Shown: positions 32,919 to 43,009 of the stretch, one piece after another | How positions within the stretch are numbered: the first letter of the stretch is position 1 | How the letters are laid out: each line of letters begins with the position of its first letter | Assembly: GCA_963727625.1 (NCBI GenBank) | Contig: CAVSHR010000008.1 | Span: forward strand, 128,001-192,000 | Reading direction: 5' to 3' | DNA length: 64,000 nucleotides | DNA from: an uncultured delta proteobacterium | GTDB taxonomy: Bacteria; Desulfobacterota; Binatia; UBA9968 | Notes under the pieces: model-generated | What the model was told of the DNA's origin: nothing | The model's database searches: none | Seen by the model: only the letters and a program-made list of their open reading frames with translations | Made by a program: the position numbers and the translations under genes

Positions 32919-34370
32919 ATGGTAGATATGGACAAGATCGTGTCGCTGTGCAAGCGGCGCGGGTTTATTTTTCAATCAAGCGAGATTTACGGCGGGACGG
33001 GGTCGTGCTGGGATTACGGTCCGCTCGGCGTGGAGCTCAAAAACAACGTCAAGCGCGCCTGGTGGCGCGACAACGTGCAGAGCCGTCCCGACATGGTCGG
33101 CCTCGACTCTTCGATCCTCATGCATCCCAGGGTCTGGAGAGCGAGCGGCCATCTGGATCACTTCACCGACCCGATGGTCGATTGCCGCGCCTGCAAGCGG
33201 CGCTTTCGCGCGGACAAGCTCGAGGACGAAGTCTGGCTGCACTTTTGCGAGGCGACCAAGGGGAACAAGTTCAACATCCCGGGCGGCGAGGCGTGCAAGC
33301 ACTGTTTCCGAAGGCGCGCCCTTTGCCCGGCCTGCGGCAAGGGCGAGTTGACCGCGCCGCGCCAGTTCAATCTCATGTTCAAGACTTTCATGGGGCCGGT
33401 GGAAGACGAGGCGGCGGTGACTTATCTCCGTCCGGAAACCGCGCAGGGAATTTTCGTCAACTTCGACAACGTGCTCCAATCCATGCGTTTGAAGCTGCCT
33501 TTCGGCATCGCGCAGATCGGCAAAGCGTTTCGCAACGAGATCACGCCCGGCAATTTCACGTTTCGCACCCGCGAGTTCGAGCAGATGGAGATCGAGTTCT
33601 TCGTCATGCCCGGCACCGATGAAGAATGGCACCAGCGCTGGACCGACGAGCGCTTTGCCTGGTATCCCCGCTACGGCATGCGCAAGGAAAACCTCCGTCT
33701 GCGCGAGCATGAAAAGGACGAGCTTGCGCACTATGCCAAGGGAACCGCGGATATCGAGTATCTGTTCCCGATGGGCTGGAGCGAACTCGAAGGCATTGCC
33801 AACCGCACTGACTTCGACCTCAAGCAGCACGCCCATTTCAGCGGCAAGGCGCTGGAATACTTCGACGAGGAGAGCAAGCAAAAAATCGTTCCCTTCGTCA
33901 TCGAGCCGTCGGCCGGAGCCGACCGCGGTGCTCTGGCTTTTCTGGTCGACGCTTACAAAGAAGAACAGGTCAAAGGCGAGAAGCGCGTGCTGCTTAACTT
34001 TCATCCCGAGTTGGCGCCGATCAAGATCGCGGTGCTGCCGCTGCTCAAGAAAAATCCGCGCATCGTCGAGACCGCACACAAGCTCCGCACCGATCTGCTC
34101 AAGCGCTGGCATGCCGTCTACGACGACACGGCTTCGATCGGTCGTCTTTACCGGCGCCAGGACGAGGTCGGCACGCCCTTCTGCGTCACGGTGGATGTGC
34201 AGTCCGTCGGCGACGACAAGTCGGCCGCCGATGGAAAAGTCACGATTCGCGACCGTGACAGCATGGGGCAGGTGCGTGTCGATATGGCGAAGCTTCCGGC
34301 GGTTGCGGAAAAGCTCATGGACGGCGGCTGGGCCGAAGTCTTTCGTGATCACGGCATCGCCAAAGACTAG
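32919..34370 (+). CDS. glyQS: glycine--tRNA ligase (alpha2 type)
   Basis: [57 protein letters not shown]. Confidence 0.97.
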   Translation: MVDMDKIVSLCKRRGFIFQSSEIYGGTGSCWDYGPLGVELKNNVKRAWWRDNVQSRPDMVGLDSSILMHPRVWRASGHLDHFTDPMVDCRACKRRFRADKLEDEVWLHFCEATKGNKFNIPGGEACKHCFRRRALCPACGKGELTAPRQFNLMFKTFMGPVEDEAAVTYLRPETAQGIFVNFDNVLQSMRLKLPFGIAQIGKAFRNEITPGNFTFRTREFEQMEIEFFVMPGTDEEWHQRWTDERFAWYPRYGMRKENLRLREHEKDELAHYAKGTADIEYLFPMGWSELEGIANRTDFDLKQHAHFSGKALEYFDEESKQKIVPFVIEPSAGADRGALAFLVDAYKEEQVKGEKRVLLNFHPELAPIKIAVLPLLKKNPRIVETAHKLRTDLLKRWHAVYDDTASIGRLYRRQDEVGTPFCVTVDVQSVGDDKSAADGKVTIRDRDSMGQVRVDMAKLPAVAEKLMDGGWAEVFRDHGIAKD

Positions 34371-34447
34371 CGCGCCGCGCGACCGTCGGCGCCGGCGCAA
34401 ATCGAAGGGGCACAGCGATTCTCCGTTACTATCATCGCGTCAAGTTT

Positions 34448-36193
34448 TTGATCGACCGTTACCGCCGGTTGTTGATTCTCGGTCTGATCTCGCTGGTGGC
34501 CACGGACCTCGCCGGCATCACCCTGCCGTGGCTCATCAAAGACGGTGTCGACGCGGCGTTGCGCGCGTCGGAGGCCGATAGCTCGCTGATTCGCTATCCG
34601 CTCATGATTCTTGGCGCCGCGGCGCTGCAAGGATTTTTCCGCTATTGCTGGCGTATCAATATTCACGGTTTCTCGCGCCGCTGCGAAGCCGATCTGCGCG
34701 AGCGGGTCTTCAGCCATCTGCAAAAGCTGCCCCTCAGCTACTTCCAGTACACCAAGACCGGCGATCTGATGTCGCGTTTGACCAACGACATCCACGCCGT
34801 GCGCGAGCTCATGGGGTTCGGCTCCCTGGCGATCGTCGACGCCGTCGTGGTGATTATTTTTAGCCTGATGCTGATGATTACCATCGATCCCTGGCTCACT
34901 CTGTGGTCGATGATGGCGATGCCGGTGATTCCGATCGTCGTGCGTTTCTTCGGCCGGCAAATTTTTCGCTGGTCGCGCGCCACCCAAGAGCAGCTGAGCG
35001 TCATGAGCGAGTGCGTGCTGGAAAATTTTTCCGGCATCCGCGTCGTTCAGGCCTACGCCCAAGAACAAAATCAGATTCGCGGCTTCGACGCGATCAGCGC
35101 GGAGTACCGGCGCAAAACCATGTGGCTGGCGACGCTCTGGGGAGTTTTCTGGCCGCTCATGCAGGTGATGGCCGGGCTGGCGGCCACGGTCGTGCTCTGG
35201 CTCGGCGGGCGCCAGGTTTTGCAAGGCACCATGACCCTGGGTGAGTTCGTCGCCTTCAACGGTTACCTCGCCATGCTCACCTGGCCGCTGATGGCGATCG
35301 GTTATACCGCCAACCAATATCAACGCGGCACCGCGGCGCTCACACGGCTCGCCGAGGTGCTGGATGCGCCGATCTCGCCGAGATATGAATCTTTGCCGGC
35401 GTCGAACGGCGATGAGCCAGTGCAGGGTGCGATAGAATTTCGCAACCTTACCTTTGCCTACAATTCGAACCAGACGCCGATCCTCAAGAATCTAACCCTC
35501 AAAATCCCCGTGGGGAAAATCTGCGGCATCATCGGCGAGACCGGCGTGGGGAAGAGCACGCTGGTGAATCTCTTGCTGCGGCTCTACGAGCCGCCGGATC
35601 GGACGGTTTTCGTTGACGGCGCCGATATCAAACAGACCGACCGCCATCGGTTGGAGAACGCCATCGGCTATGTCTCCCAGGATATTTTTCTTTTTTCCGG
35701 ATCGGTGCGGGAAAACATTCTGCTCGGCGCTGAAAACGGCGGGCCGCATCGAGTCGAAGCGGCGGCGCGGATTGCCCAGCTCTTGCCGACCATCGAGTCT
35801 TTCGGCGCGGGCTTCGACACCGTCATCGGCGAGCGCGGCGTGCGTTTGTCCGGCGGACAAAAACAGCGCACGGCTCTGGCGCGCGCGATCATCAAGGAGC
35901 CGCCGATCCTGATCCTCGACGACGCGTTTTCGAGCGTCGACGTCGAGACCGAGGAGGAAATACTTCGCGCGCTCCAGCAGTTCATGCGCGGCCGCACGAC
36001 GCTGCTGATTTCGCACCGGATCTCGACGGTGCGCGCCGCCGACATGATCGTTTACCTGCGCAACGGCGCAATCATCGAGCAGGGCACCCATGACGAGCTG
36101 CTCGCCCGGGGCGGCGCCTACCGCGAGCTCTACCGCCGGCAAAGTTTGGCGCGCCAAGTCGAGACTTTGGCAGGGAGCGAGGAGCGGCGGTGA
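34448..36193 (+). CDS. ABC exporter half-transporter (TMD+NBD), subunit 1; start uncertain
   Basis: TGDLMSRLTND, GETGVGKST, LSGGQKQR, ILDDAFSSVD (degenerate Walker B). Confidence 0.93.
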   Translation: MIDRYRRLLILGLISLVATDLAGITLPWLIKDGVDAALRASEADSSLIRYPLMILGAAALQGFFRYCWRINIHGFSRRCEADLRERVFSHLQKLPLSYFQYTKTGDLMSRLTNDIHAVRELMGFGSLAIVDAVVVIIFSLMLMITIDPWLTLWSMMAMPVIPIVVRFFGRQIFRWSRATQEQLSVMSECVLENFSGIRVVQAYAQEQNQIRGFDAISAEYRRKTMWLATLWGVFWPLMQVMAGLAATVVLWLGGRQVLQGTMTLGEFVAFNGYLAMLTWPLMAIGYTANQYQRGTAALTRLAEVLDAPISPRYESLPASNGDEPVQGAIEFRNLTFAYNSNQTPILKNLTLKIPVGKICGIIGETGVGKSTLVNLLLRLYEPPDRTVFVDGADIKQTDRHRLENAIGYVSQDIFLFSGSVRENILLGAENGGPHRVEAAARIAQLLPTIESFGAGFDTVIGERGVRLSGGQKQRTALARAIIKEPPILILDDAFSSVDVETEEEILRALQQFMRGRTTLLISHRISTVRAADMIVYLRNGAIIEQGTHDELLARGGAYRELYRRQSLARQVETLAGSEERR

Positions 36194-38013
36194 TCAGCGA
36201 CCCACAACAGGAAGACGAGATCCTCGGCAAAGCCTACGACGCCCGCTTGATGGCGCGAATGCTGCGCTATCTGCGGCCCTACTGGAAACTGCTGGCGGTG
36301 TCGCTCACTTTTTTGATGCTGCAGACCGGCACTCAGCTGCTCGGCCCCTACATCACCAAGATCGCCATCGACCGTTACATCGCGCAGCAAGATCTGCGCG
36401 GCCTCGATCTCGTGGCTCTGGCCTATCTGGGCGTGGTCGTGCTCGGCTTCGTCGTGCTGTTCGTGCAAACCTACACCACGCAATATACCGGGCAGCGCGC
36501 CATGCATGACCTGCGCATGGATATTTTTTCCCACTTGCAGAAACAGGACCTGGCTTACTTCGATCGCAACCCGGTGGGCCGCTTAATGACGCGGACGATC
36601 AACGACGTGGAGACGCTCAACGAGCTTTTCAGCACCGGCGTGGTCGGTCTGTTGGGCGATGTATCGATGGTCTTCGGCATCGCCGCGATGATGCTTTGGC
36701 TCGACTGGCAATTGGCGCTGGTTTGTCTGGCGGCCTTTCCGGTGATTCTCTACATCAGCCGGTTTTACCGCCGGCGCGCCCGCGAAGTTTACCGCGAGAG
36801 CCGTTTGGTTCTCGGCCGCCTCAACGCGGACTTGCAGGAAAACATCGCCGGCGTAGCGACGATTCAGGCCTTCGGCCAGGAAGCGAAAATGTACCGGCGT
36901 TTTCAGGATGTCAACTTTCGCTACCGCGACGTGCTGCTGCGCAGCATCCGTTACAACGCGCTGTTTTTTCCGGTGATCGAATTGTTCAGCGCGCTGAGCG
37001 TCGGCCTGCTGCTGTGGTACGGCGGGCACCAGATTCTCGCCAATGCGGTTCAGGCCGGCGTGTTGGTCGCGTTCATTCAGTACATCCAGCGCATGTACCA
37101 GCCGATCCGCGATCTGGCTGAAAAATATAACATCATGCAGGCCGCCATGGCGTCATCGGAGCGGATTTTCGCTTTACTCGACACTCCCGAAACCGTGAAG
37201 AACCCGGTGCATGGAAAAAAACTCGAGGGCTTCGCCGGCGCCGTCGAATTCAAGGATGTCTGGCTTTCTTACCGGGCAGGGGAGCCGGTGCTCAAAGGCA
37301 TTTCGTTTCGCGTTTCCACCGGCGAAAAGGTCGCATTAGTCGGTGCCACCGGCGGCGGGAAAACTTCGATCATCTCGGCGCTCTGCCGCTTTTACGACGT
37401 CGAGCGCGGCGCGGTCTTGGTCGACGGCATCGACGTGCGCGAGTGGAACAAGCAGGAGCTGCGCCGCCACTTGGGGTTGGTGTTGCAGGATGTTTTTCTC
37501 TTCTCCGGCGACATCGCCAACAACATCTCGCTCGGCGATCCGCGCATCGGCGAGCAACAAATACTAGACGCGGCACGGCGCGCCCATATCGCGCCGTTTA
37601 TCGATAAGCTGCCGAAGGGTTATCGAGAAGCGGTGCAGGAACGCGGTTCGACGCTGTCCCAGGGGCAGCGCCAATTGTTGTCCTTCGCGCGCGCACTGGC
37701 CTTCGATCCAAAAATTCTGATTCTCGACGAGGCGACCAGCTCCGTCGACACCGAAACCGAAATGCTGATTCAAGAGGCGCTCGACGAGCTGCTCAAAAAC
37801 CGCACCGCGCTGATCATCGCCCATCGACTGTCGACGATCAAAAACGCCGACCGGATTTTAGTGATTCACAAAGGCGAGATTCGCGAACAAGGGAACCACG
37901 ACGAACTTTTGGCCAAAGGCGGGCTCTACGCCAAGCTACACGACTTACAGTTCCGCATGCCGGAGCGCGCTACCCCGGGCACGGATCCATCGGTGTTGAC
38001 GTCCGAAGTGTAA
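36190..38013 (+). CDS. ABC exporter half-transporter (TMD+NBD), subunit 2
   Basis: PVGRLMTR, GATGGGKT, LSQGQRQ, ILDEATSSVD, IAHRLST. Confidence 0.93.
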   Translation: MISDPQQEDEILGKAYDARLMARMLRYLRPYWKLLAVSLTFLMLQTGTQLLGPYITKIAIDRYIAQQDLRGLDLVALAYLGVVVLGFVVLFVQTYTTQYTGQRAMHDLRMDIFSHLQKQDLAYFDRNPVGRLMTRTINDVETLNELFSTGVVGLLGDVSMVFGIAAMMLWLDWQLALVCLAAFPVILYISRFYRRRAREVYRESRLVLGRLNADLQENIAGVATIQAFGQEAKMYRRFQDVNFRYRDVLLRSIRYNALFFPVIELFSALSVGLLLWYGGHQILANAVQAGVLVAFIQYIQRMYQPIRDLAEKYNIMQAAMASSERIFALLDTPETVKNPVHGKKLEGFAGAVEFKDVWLSYRAGEPVLKGISFRVSTGEKVALVGATGGGKTSIISALCRFYDVERGAVLVDGIDVREWNKQELRRHLGLVLQDVFLFSGDIANNISLGDPRIGEQQILDAARRAHIAPFIDKLPKGYREAVQERGSTLSQGQRQLLSFARALAFDPKILILDEATSSVDTETEMLIQEALDELLKNRTALIIAHRLSTIKNADRILVIHKGEIREQGNHDELLAKGGLYAKLHDLQFRMPERATPGTDPSVLTSEV

Positions 38014-38036
38014 GGGCCACCGGCCGTCGCCCCTAC
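38010..38036 (-). repeat. GTAG-type REP-like palindrome between convergent genes
   Basis: Minus strand reads GTAGGGGCGACGGCCGGTGGCCCTTAC. Confidence 0.6.
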
Positions 38037-38041
38037 ACGAT

Positions 38042-39259
38042 CTAGATGATTTCTAATTGCCCACCGGAGCGGAGCCCGGGAAAAATCCTCCCCAACTCCC
38101 GCTGCCCCATGTGGCGCGCGAGCAACTCGCTGCAGACCGAGCGATAGTCGGTGGTCAAGGCGAGATCGCGTCCTTCATAGAGCACTTCCGGCGCGAGGCC
38201 CGGCCAGCGGCCGTAGACTTTGCCGCCGCGCACCTTGCCGCCGATCACAAACATCACGTTGGCGTGGCCATGATCCGTGCCGCGGTTGCCGTTCTCCCGC
38301 GCGGTGCGGCCGAACTCGGACATGGTTACAAGGATGACATCCTCGATCCGGTCGCCCAGGTCTTGATAGAAGGCAGCGAGGCCGGCGCCGAGTTCTCTCA
38401 GCCGGTTGGCCAATTGTCCGGTGGCGCCGCCTTCAGCGACGTGGGTGTCCCAACCTTCGATCTCGGTGAACGCGATCTCCAGCCCGACATCGGCTTTGAT
38501 CAGACGGGCGATTTGCTTTAACCCGATGCCGAATCTTCCCTTCGGGTAGGTTGCGGTGCTCGGCGGTATTCTGTCTTCGATCGCGCGCAAGCGCGTCATG
38601 GCCTCGAACAAGCTGTTGCCGCCCTGACGAAACAGCGGGTCGGCCGAAGCGGCGTAGAGTTTCTGTAGGACCGGCGCCATTGCTGGGTTGTGCAGGCGAA
38701 ATTGTTCGATCGACGAAATCGACAGGGTGGGCGCACTGCCGGCCATCATGCGCGGTGTTGGCGCTCCGACTGCGACGCCGCGAAAAGGCGAGTCGGCGGC
38801 GGGTTTTTCATTGAGATAACGATTGAGCCAGCCGTCAGGCGTGCTTTTGACTCCCGGCGTGCCGAGCTCCATGTAGTCCTGGGCGTCGAAGTGAGAGCGG
38901 GTATTGTCCGGCGAGCCGGCGGCGTGAACGATCGCTAGCTGGCCCTTGTCGTAAATCGTTTTAAGCGGCGCAAGGGCAGGATGTAGGGCGAAATAGCCGT
39001 CGAGATCGACTGCTCGCTCTTCGCCCGCGCCAGGCTCAGCGACAGCGATACTCGGCCGCAGCGCGTAATAGGCGCGGTCTTTGAAAGGCACGACGACATT
39101 GAGCCCGTCCATGCCGCCGCGCTGGAAGACCACAACCAGTACTTTGCCGCGGCCGCTTTGCTGCGCGGCGGCTGCACGCACCAAGAAACCCGGCGGCAGG
39201 CCGAGCGCGACAAAACCAAGCGCGGTGGATTTGAGAAACGTTCGGCGCGAGGCGTCCAT
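38042..39259 (-). CDS. DUF1501 family protein with Tat signal
   Basis: SRRTFLK, FQRGGMDGLN, RSHFDAQ, GWDTH, SEFGRT, GTDHG. Confidence 0.9.
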   Translation of the reverse strand: MDASRRTFLKSTALGFVALGLPPGFLVRAAAAQQSGRGKVLVVVFQRGGMDGLNVVVPFKDRAYYALRPSIAVAEPGAGEERAVDLDGYFALHPALAPLKTIYDKGQLAIVHAAGSPDNTRSHFDAQDYMELGTPGVKSTPDGWLNRYLNEKPAADSPFRGVAVGAPTPRMMAGSAPTLSISSIEQFRLHNPAMAPVLQKLYAASADPLFRQGGNSLFEAMTRLRAIEDRIPPSTATYPKGRFGIGLKQIARLIKADVGLEIAFTEIEGWDTHVAEGGATGQLANRLRELGAGLAAFYQDLGDRIEDVILVTMSEFGRTARENGNRGTDHGHANVMFVIGGKVRGGKVYGRWPGLAPEVLYEGRDLALTTDYRSVCSELLARHMGQRELGRIFPGLRSGGQLEII

Positions 39260-39265
39260 GCTGCT

Positions 39266-40678
39266 TTACCTCCGTTGAAACTCCGGCGCGGCCAAGAGCA
39301 ACGCCAGGGTGTCTATGCCGTGGGTTTTGGCCAGCGCTGCGCGCGTCGAGGGCGACAGGGAGTCAGGCGCGACCAAACGGATAAACGGCTGGCTCTGGCG
39401 CAAACTGTCAAGCTCGACACGCGCGCCGTTAATGCGATTGTTGACTAAATCGTGAGCGAAATTGATGCGCGTGAGCAACATCTCCGGGCTGATCCAAGCC
39501 GCGCCGGCATCCGGATAGCCGGTGGGTGGTTGCGCCAAGAATAGCGGTTCGCCCATGCGGCCGAGATAGCGCAGCAGCTGCGGCGTGATTTTGGTTTCGG
39601 CGTTTGTCAGTCGCAAGGCGCTGGCCGTGAACTCCACGGGTTTTTTCACTTTGGCTTGATAAGCGTCAGGTGAAAAAAAATCCGCCGAGTCGATGATGCT
39701 TCGAACCAGCGTTCGAATATCGCCGTCGCTCTGGTGAAACACGGCGGCGGCGCGATCGACCAAAGCCGCCGGCGGATCGTCGGCGACGAAGCGGCGCACC
39801 AGTTTGGTGGCGATAAATTTAGCGGTTGATGGATGGCGCGCCAAAAGATCGATGACTTTGATGCCGTCTTCGATGCCGCCGCCGGCCGCAATGCGCACGC
39901 CCAAAACCGTCTTGGCGCCGGGGTCATGCAGCCGCGGTTCGAAATGAAATGCCGCGTCGCCGCGCGGCCGGCGCAGGGTCCAACCGGTGAAGCAGCGCGC
40001 CACCTCGCGCACGTCTTCCTGGGTGTAGCCGCCATCGACTCCCAATGTATGCAGCTCCATGATCTCGCGCGCATAGTTTTCGTTGATGCCGCGCCGGCGC
40101 CGGTTCATCGGATTGCGCGCGGCGACGCTGTTAGGGCTCGCGCTGAGCCAGTTGTCAAGAAAGAAAAGCATGGCCGGGCTTTGCGCGGTGGCAAACAGGA
40201 GATCGCGAAACTTGCCCAGGGCATGGGGCCGGATGGTATCGCGGTCGTACGCGGTCATCAGCCAGCGGTCGGCGCCCTTGGCGGCGAAAACATTGAAATG
40301 ATTGCTCCAGAAATCGACCATCAGCTCATAGAGTTGGCGCTGGCTGTGCACGGCGCGCAGCAGCCGCGCCTGTTGCAGCTCGTAGATGATGAAGCGCGGC
40401 GCGTTCATGCCCCCAGCCATCGCCATGCCCCGTTGTTGAGCGACCTTTGGCGGCGGGTAAAGCTCGTACAGCTCGCGGCTGTTCATGCGCATGGTCTTGA
40501 GCGTCGCGACTCGCGCTTCAACGGCGCTGTCGGAGACGCTTTCAGCGGCGATCTGCTCGTCGAGAAAAGCACCGAAGCCGAGCCGGTTCACCTGTTGAAC
40601 CGTTTCGGGCGTCGGCCCGAAGCTGGTGCGGTTGAGAAAATGGATCACTCTTTGCTCGTGGCTGAGCGGCGCGCTCAT
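39266..40678 (-). CDS. DUF1800 family protein
   Basis: FWSNHF, SPAMLFFLDN, NENYAREIMELHTLG, YTQEDV, FQRR end. Confidence 0.9.
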   Translation of the reverse strand: MSAPLSHEQRVIHFLNRTSFGPTPETVQQVNRLGFGAFLDEQIAAESVSDSAVEARVATLKTMRMNSRELYELYPPPKVAQQRGMAMAGGMNAPRFIIYELQQARLLRAVHSQRQLYELMVDFWSNHFNVFAAKGADRWLMTAYDRDTIRPHALGKFRDLLFATAQSPAMLFFLDNWLSASPNSVAARNPMNRRRRGINENYAREIMELHTLGVDGGYTQEDVREVARCFTGWTLRRPRGDAAFHFEPRLHDPGAKTVLGVRIAAGGGIEDGIKVIDLLARHPSTAKFIATKLVRRFVADDPPAALVDRAAAVFHQSDGDIRTLVRSIIDSADFFSPDAYQAKVKKPVEFTASALRLTNAETKITPQLLRYLGRMGEPLFLAQPPTGYPDAGAAWISPEMLLTRINFAHDLVNNRINGARVELDSLRQSQPFIRLVAPDSLSPSTRAALAKTHGIDTLALLLAAPEFQRR

Positions 40679-40680
40679 GG

Positions 40681-41331
40681 CTAATCCTTTTCCCGTCTTT
40701 GAAATTTTTCGCGCAAGCGTTCGCGCAGATTGTTTCGCTCTTGATCCTTGCCGCGCTCTCTCAAATCGCGCAGTTTCTCTCGGGCTTCCCGTTTTTCTGC
40801 CGGCGATAACCGGTCGAAACGCGCGCGCGCTTTTTCGCGCAACTCATCGCGCTCGCGGCCGGAAAAGCGCTCGCGCCGTTCCTGTAATTTGTCCCTCAGC
40901 TCCCGGCGGCGCTCCGGCGGTAAATTGCGCAGGGTTTGCATGCGCCGTCTGAGTTCTTCGCGGCGCTTGGCCGGCAGCTGGCGCCAGCGCTGCCAGCGTT
41001 CCTGCAAGCGCCGCCGTTCGGCGGGCGTAAATTTTTGCCAGCGCTCGAAGTTGCGCCGGGCGATGGATTGATCTTCCGGCGAAAGCCGGCGCCAGGTTTC
41101 AAATTTCTTCTGCAGCTCGTCCTTTTCGGCCCGCGGCATATTTTGCCAGCGGCGATAACGCTCGCGCACTTCCTGTTTTTCTTCCGGTGTCATGCGCTGC
41201 CATCGTTCCAGTGCATCCCTATCGGCTTGGGCCAACAGCGCGCGCGGCGGCAGAGGCTGAGCCCAGACCGCGACGGGGACAAGCAGAGTCAATAGCCAAA
41301 CAAAGCTCAGATTTCTCAATAGCGGCTTCAT
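40681..41331 (-). CDS. DUF3106-like secreted helical-repeat protein
   Basis: Signal peptide; repeated W(Q/R)x(M/L/F)(T/S/P)xE units. Confidence 0.75.
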   Translation of the reverse strand: MKPLLRNLSFVWLLTLLVPVAVWAQPLPPRALLAQADRDALERWQRMTPEEKQEVRERYRRWQNMPRAEKDELQKKFETWRRLSPEDQSIARRNFERWQKFTPAERRRLQERWQRWRQLPAKRREELRRRMQTLRNLPPERRRELRDKLQERRERFSGRERDELREKARARFDRLSPAEKREAREKLRDLRERGKDQERNNLRERLREKFQRREKD

Positions 41332-41594
41332 TTAACCGTCTCCTTCTTTTTCCCAGGCGCGCCGGGCGGCGGCACGCCGCTCTTGACCAGCTCGTCGGTA
41401 CTCTCGAGATTTTGCATATCCTGAAGCATTTCCATTTGTTTGATCATTTCCATTTCTCGGAGGAATTCCATCATTTTAAGCATCTCACGATCGGGCGGGT
41501 CATCCTTGGCCCCGGCCGACGCGGCCGTTGGAGCCGTCAAGACCAGACATAGAATCAATCGGCTAAGCGAATTCATGTCCCGTGCGCGGCTCAC
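41328..41594 (-). CDS. small secreted hypothetical protein
   Basis: Signal-like N-terminus, Met/Glu-rich helix; 4-bp overlaps with both neighbours. Confidence 0.6.
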   Translation of the reverse strand: MSRARDMNSLSRLILCLVLTAPTAASAGAKDDPPDREMLKMMEFLREMEMIKQMEMLQDMQNLESTDELVKSGVPPPGAPGKKKETVK

Positions 41595-42109
41595 GCGGCA
41601 TTGCCCTGGCTGCCCATGAATTCCAGCAGATCAAGATTATCGAGCACGTCCATGGCCTTGAAAAATTCCAAGTTTTCCGCCACCGGTAGCACTTCCATCA
41701 TCTCGGCATCATCCTGGGCCAGCTCGTTGGTCGACCAGATGCCTCTGCCCAGAGTAAAAGTCATGGCAAGCGCGACGATCGCGGCCGCGGCGAAGACCGG
41801 CACCAGGCGCGGCTGATAAAAAGCCGCGAGAGCTTGGCGCCAACTTTTCTGTTCCGCCGTGCCGTCCAGTTTGTCGCGCAGCTCGCGATTGTAATCAGTC
41901 CAAAACGAAGGCGGCGGCTGGTCGGTTTTAACCGTCAGCGGCAGCAGCGAGCCGAGCTCTTGCAAGTAGCCGGCGCAACCGGCGCAGTTTTGTAAATGCG
42001 CTTGCAGCGTCGCGCCCTCGGTTCGGTCAAGCTCGCCATAATGGTAAAGCACGAGATTCTCTTCCAGTGCTGCGCATGGGGCGGAAAGGATTTTGTTTGG
42101 TTCTGCCAT
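41591..42109 (-). CDS. zf-HC2 anti-sigma factor
   Basis: HLQNCAGC motif, single TM helix, directly downstream of the ECF sigma. Confidence 0.85.
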   Translation of the reverse strand: MAEPNKILSAPCAALEENLVLYHYGELDRTEGATLQAHLQNCAGCAGYLQELGSLLPLTVKTDQPPPSFWTDYNRELRDKLDGTAEQKSWRQALAAFYQPRLVPVFAAAAIVALAMTFTLGRGIWSTNELAQDDAEMMEVLPVAENLEFFKAMDVLDNLDLLEFMGSQGNAA

Positions 42110-42118
42110 CCGGGCCTC

Positions 42119-42778
42119 CTAAGCAAACTCAGCCAGTCGCTGTCTAAGCGTGGTCACGGCGCGGTGCAAGTGCACCTTGACCGTGCCTTCGGCGGTCTCC
42201 ATCAATTCGGCGATCTCTTTGATCGACAGTCCCTGGTGATTTTTCAGTACGAAGGCGGTGCGCTGTTTCGCCGGCAGCTGCACCAACGCTTCGCCTACCC
42301 GCTTGGATATTTGCCGGGCCAAAACTTGCTGGTCGGGCAAAGGGGGCTTTTCACTTTGGTGTGATGGTTCCACTTGGTTCTCGACGGTCTCGTCGAACGG
42401 GTCCGCCGGGGCGCGTTTCTGACGGCGTTTATAATCGAGACAGAGGTTGACCAAAATGCGGTAGAACCAAGTATAAAAACTCGACCGGCCGTCAAAAGTT
42501 TTGAGATTGACGAAGGCTTTCAGAAACGCCTCCTGGGACAGATCCTTGGCATCCTCGCGGTCGCGGGTAAAATCGAAAGCGATGTGGTAGGCCTTTCGTT
42601 CATGGCGCTTCACCAGTTCCTCAAAAGCGCGGCGATCGCCTTGCCGCGCCGATGACACCAGCTCCTCATCCCCAGGGTTCACAAACGGACTCCAATCTAT
42701 CGCTGTTGCATCGCCGCAGAGGCCAAGAAGGAGCCGGCGGCGAGCACGGTTGGCCTCTACCGAGGCAGTGGGAGTCAC
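42119..42778 (-). CDS. ECF sigma factor
   Basis: AFEELV, DLSQEAF, SFYTWFYRI, LSIKEIA, GTVKVHLHRA; GGGAG RBS before GTG. Confidence 0.92.
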   Translation of the reverse strand: MTPTASVEANRARRRLLLGLCGDATAIDWSPFVNPGDEELVSSARQGDRRAFEELVKRHERKAYHIAFDFTRDREDAKDLSQEAFLKAFVNLKTFDGRSSFYTWFYRILVNLCLDYKRRQKRAPADPFDETVENQVEPSHQSEKPPLPDQQVLARQISKRVGEALVQLPAKQRTAFVLKNHQGLSIKEIAELMETAEGTVKVHLHRAVTTLRQRLAEFA

Positions 42779-42791
42779 GCCTGCTCCCTTG

Positions 42792-42962
42792 TCAGTTCTT
42801 TAGCGCGTCTTTAGCTAAACGGCCAAACTTCCGATGATCGTGTTGCGGCCCATGCGCCTTGGCGGGAGTGATCTTATCTTCTTCCGCGCCGACCGCGTCG
42901 CCGGCAAACACCATTGGGGCCGCGGCCAAGCCTGCCGTCATGATCGCTAAACCCATTATCAT
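42792..42962 (-). CDS. small secreted hypothetical peptide (56 aa)
   Basis: GAGGG RBS, signal-like MIMGLAIMTAGLAAAPMVFA; lies between the ECF promoter and the sigma gene. Confidence 0.45.
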   Translation of the reverse strand: MIMGLAIMTAGLAAAPMVFAGDAVGAEEDKITPAKAHGPQHDHRKFGRLAKDALKN

Positions 42963-43009
42963 ATTTGTACCCTCGTTCTGAATCGCCGGTCTTACCGGTT
43001 TGAAACGAT

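Noticed and set aside
32976-34400. 474-aa minus-strand ORF
   Set aside because: Antisense shadow of glyQS, typical of GC-rich codon usage; no motifs
33619-35323. 320-aa plus-strand and 318-aa minus-strand ORFs overlapping glyQS and the ABC gene
   Set aside because: Alternative-frame shadows with S/R/A-rich composition
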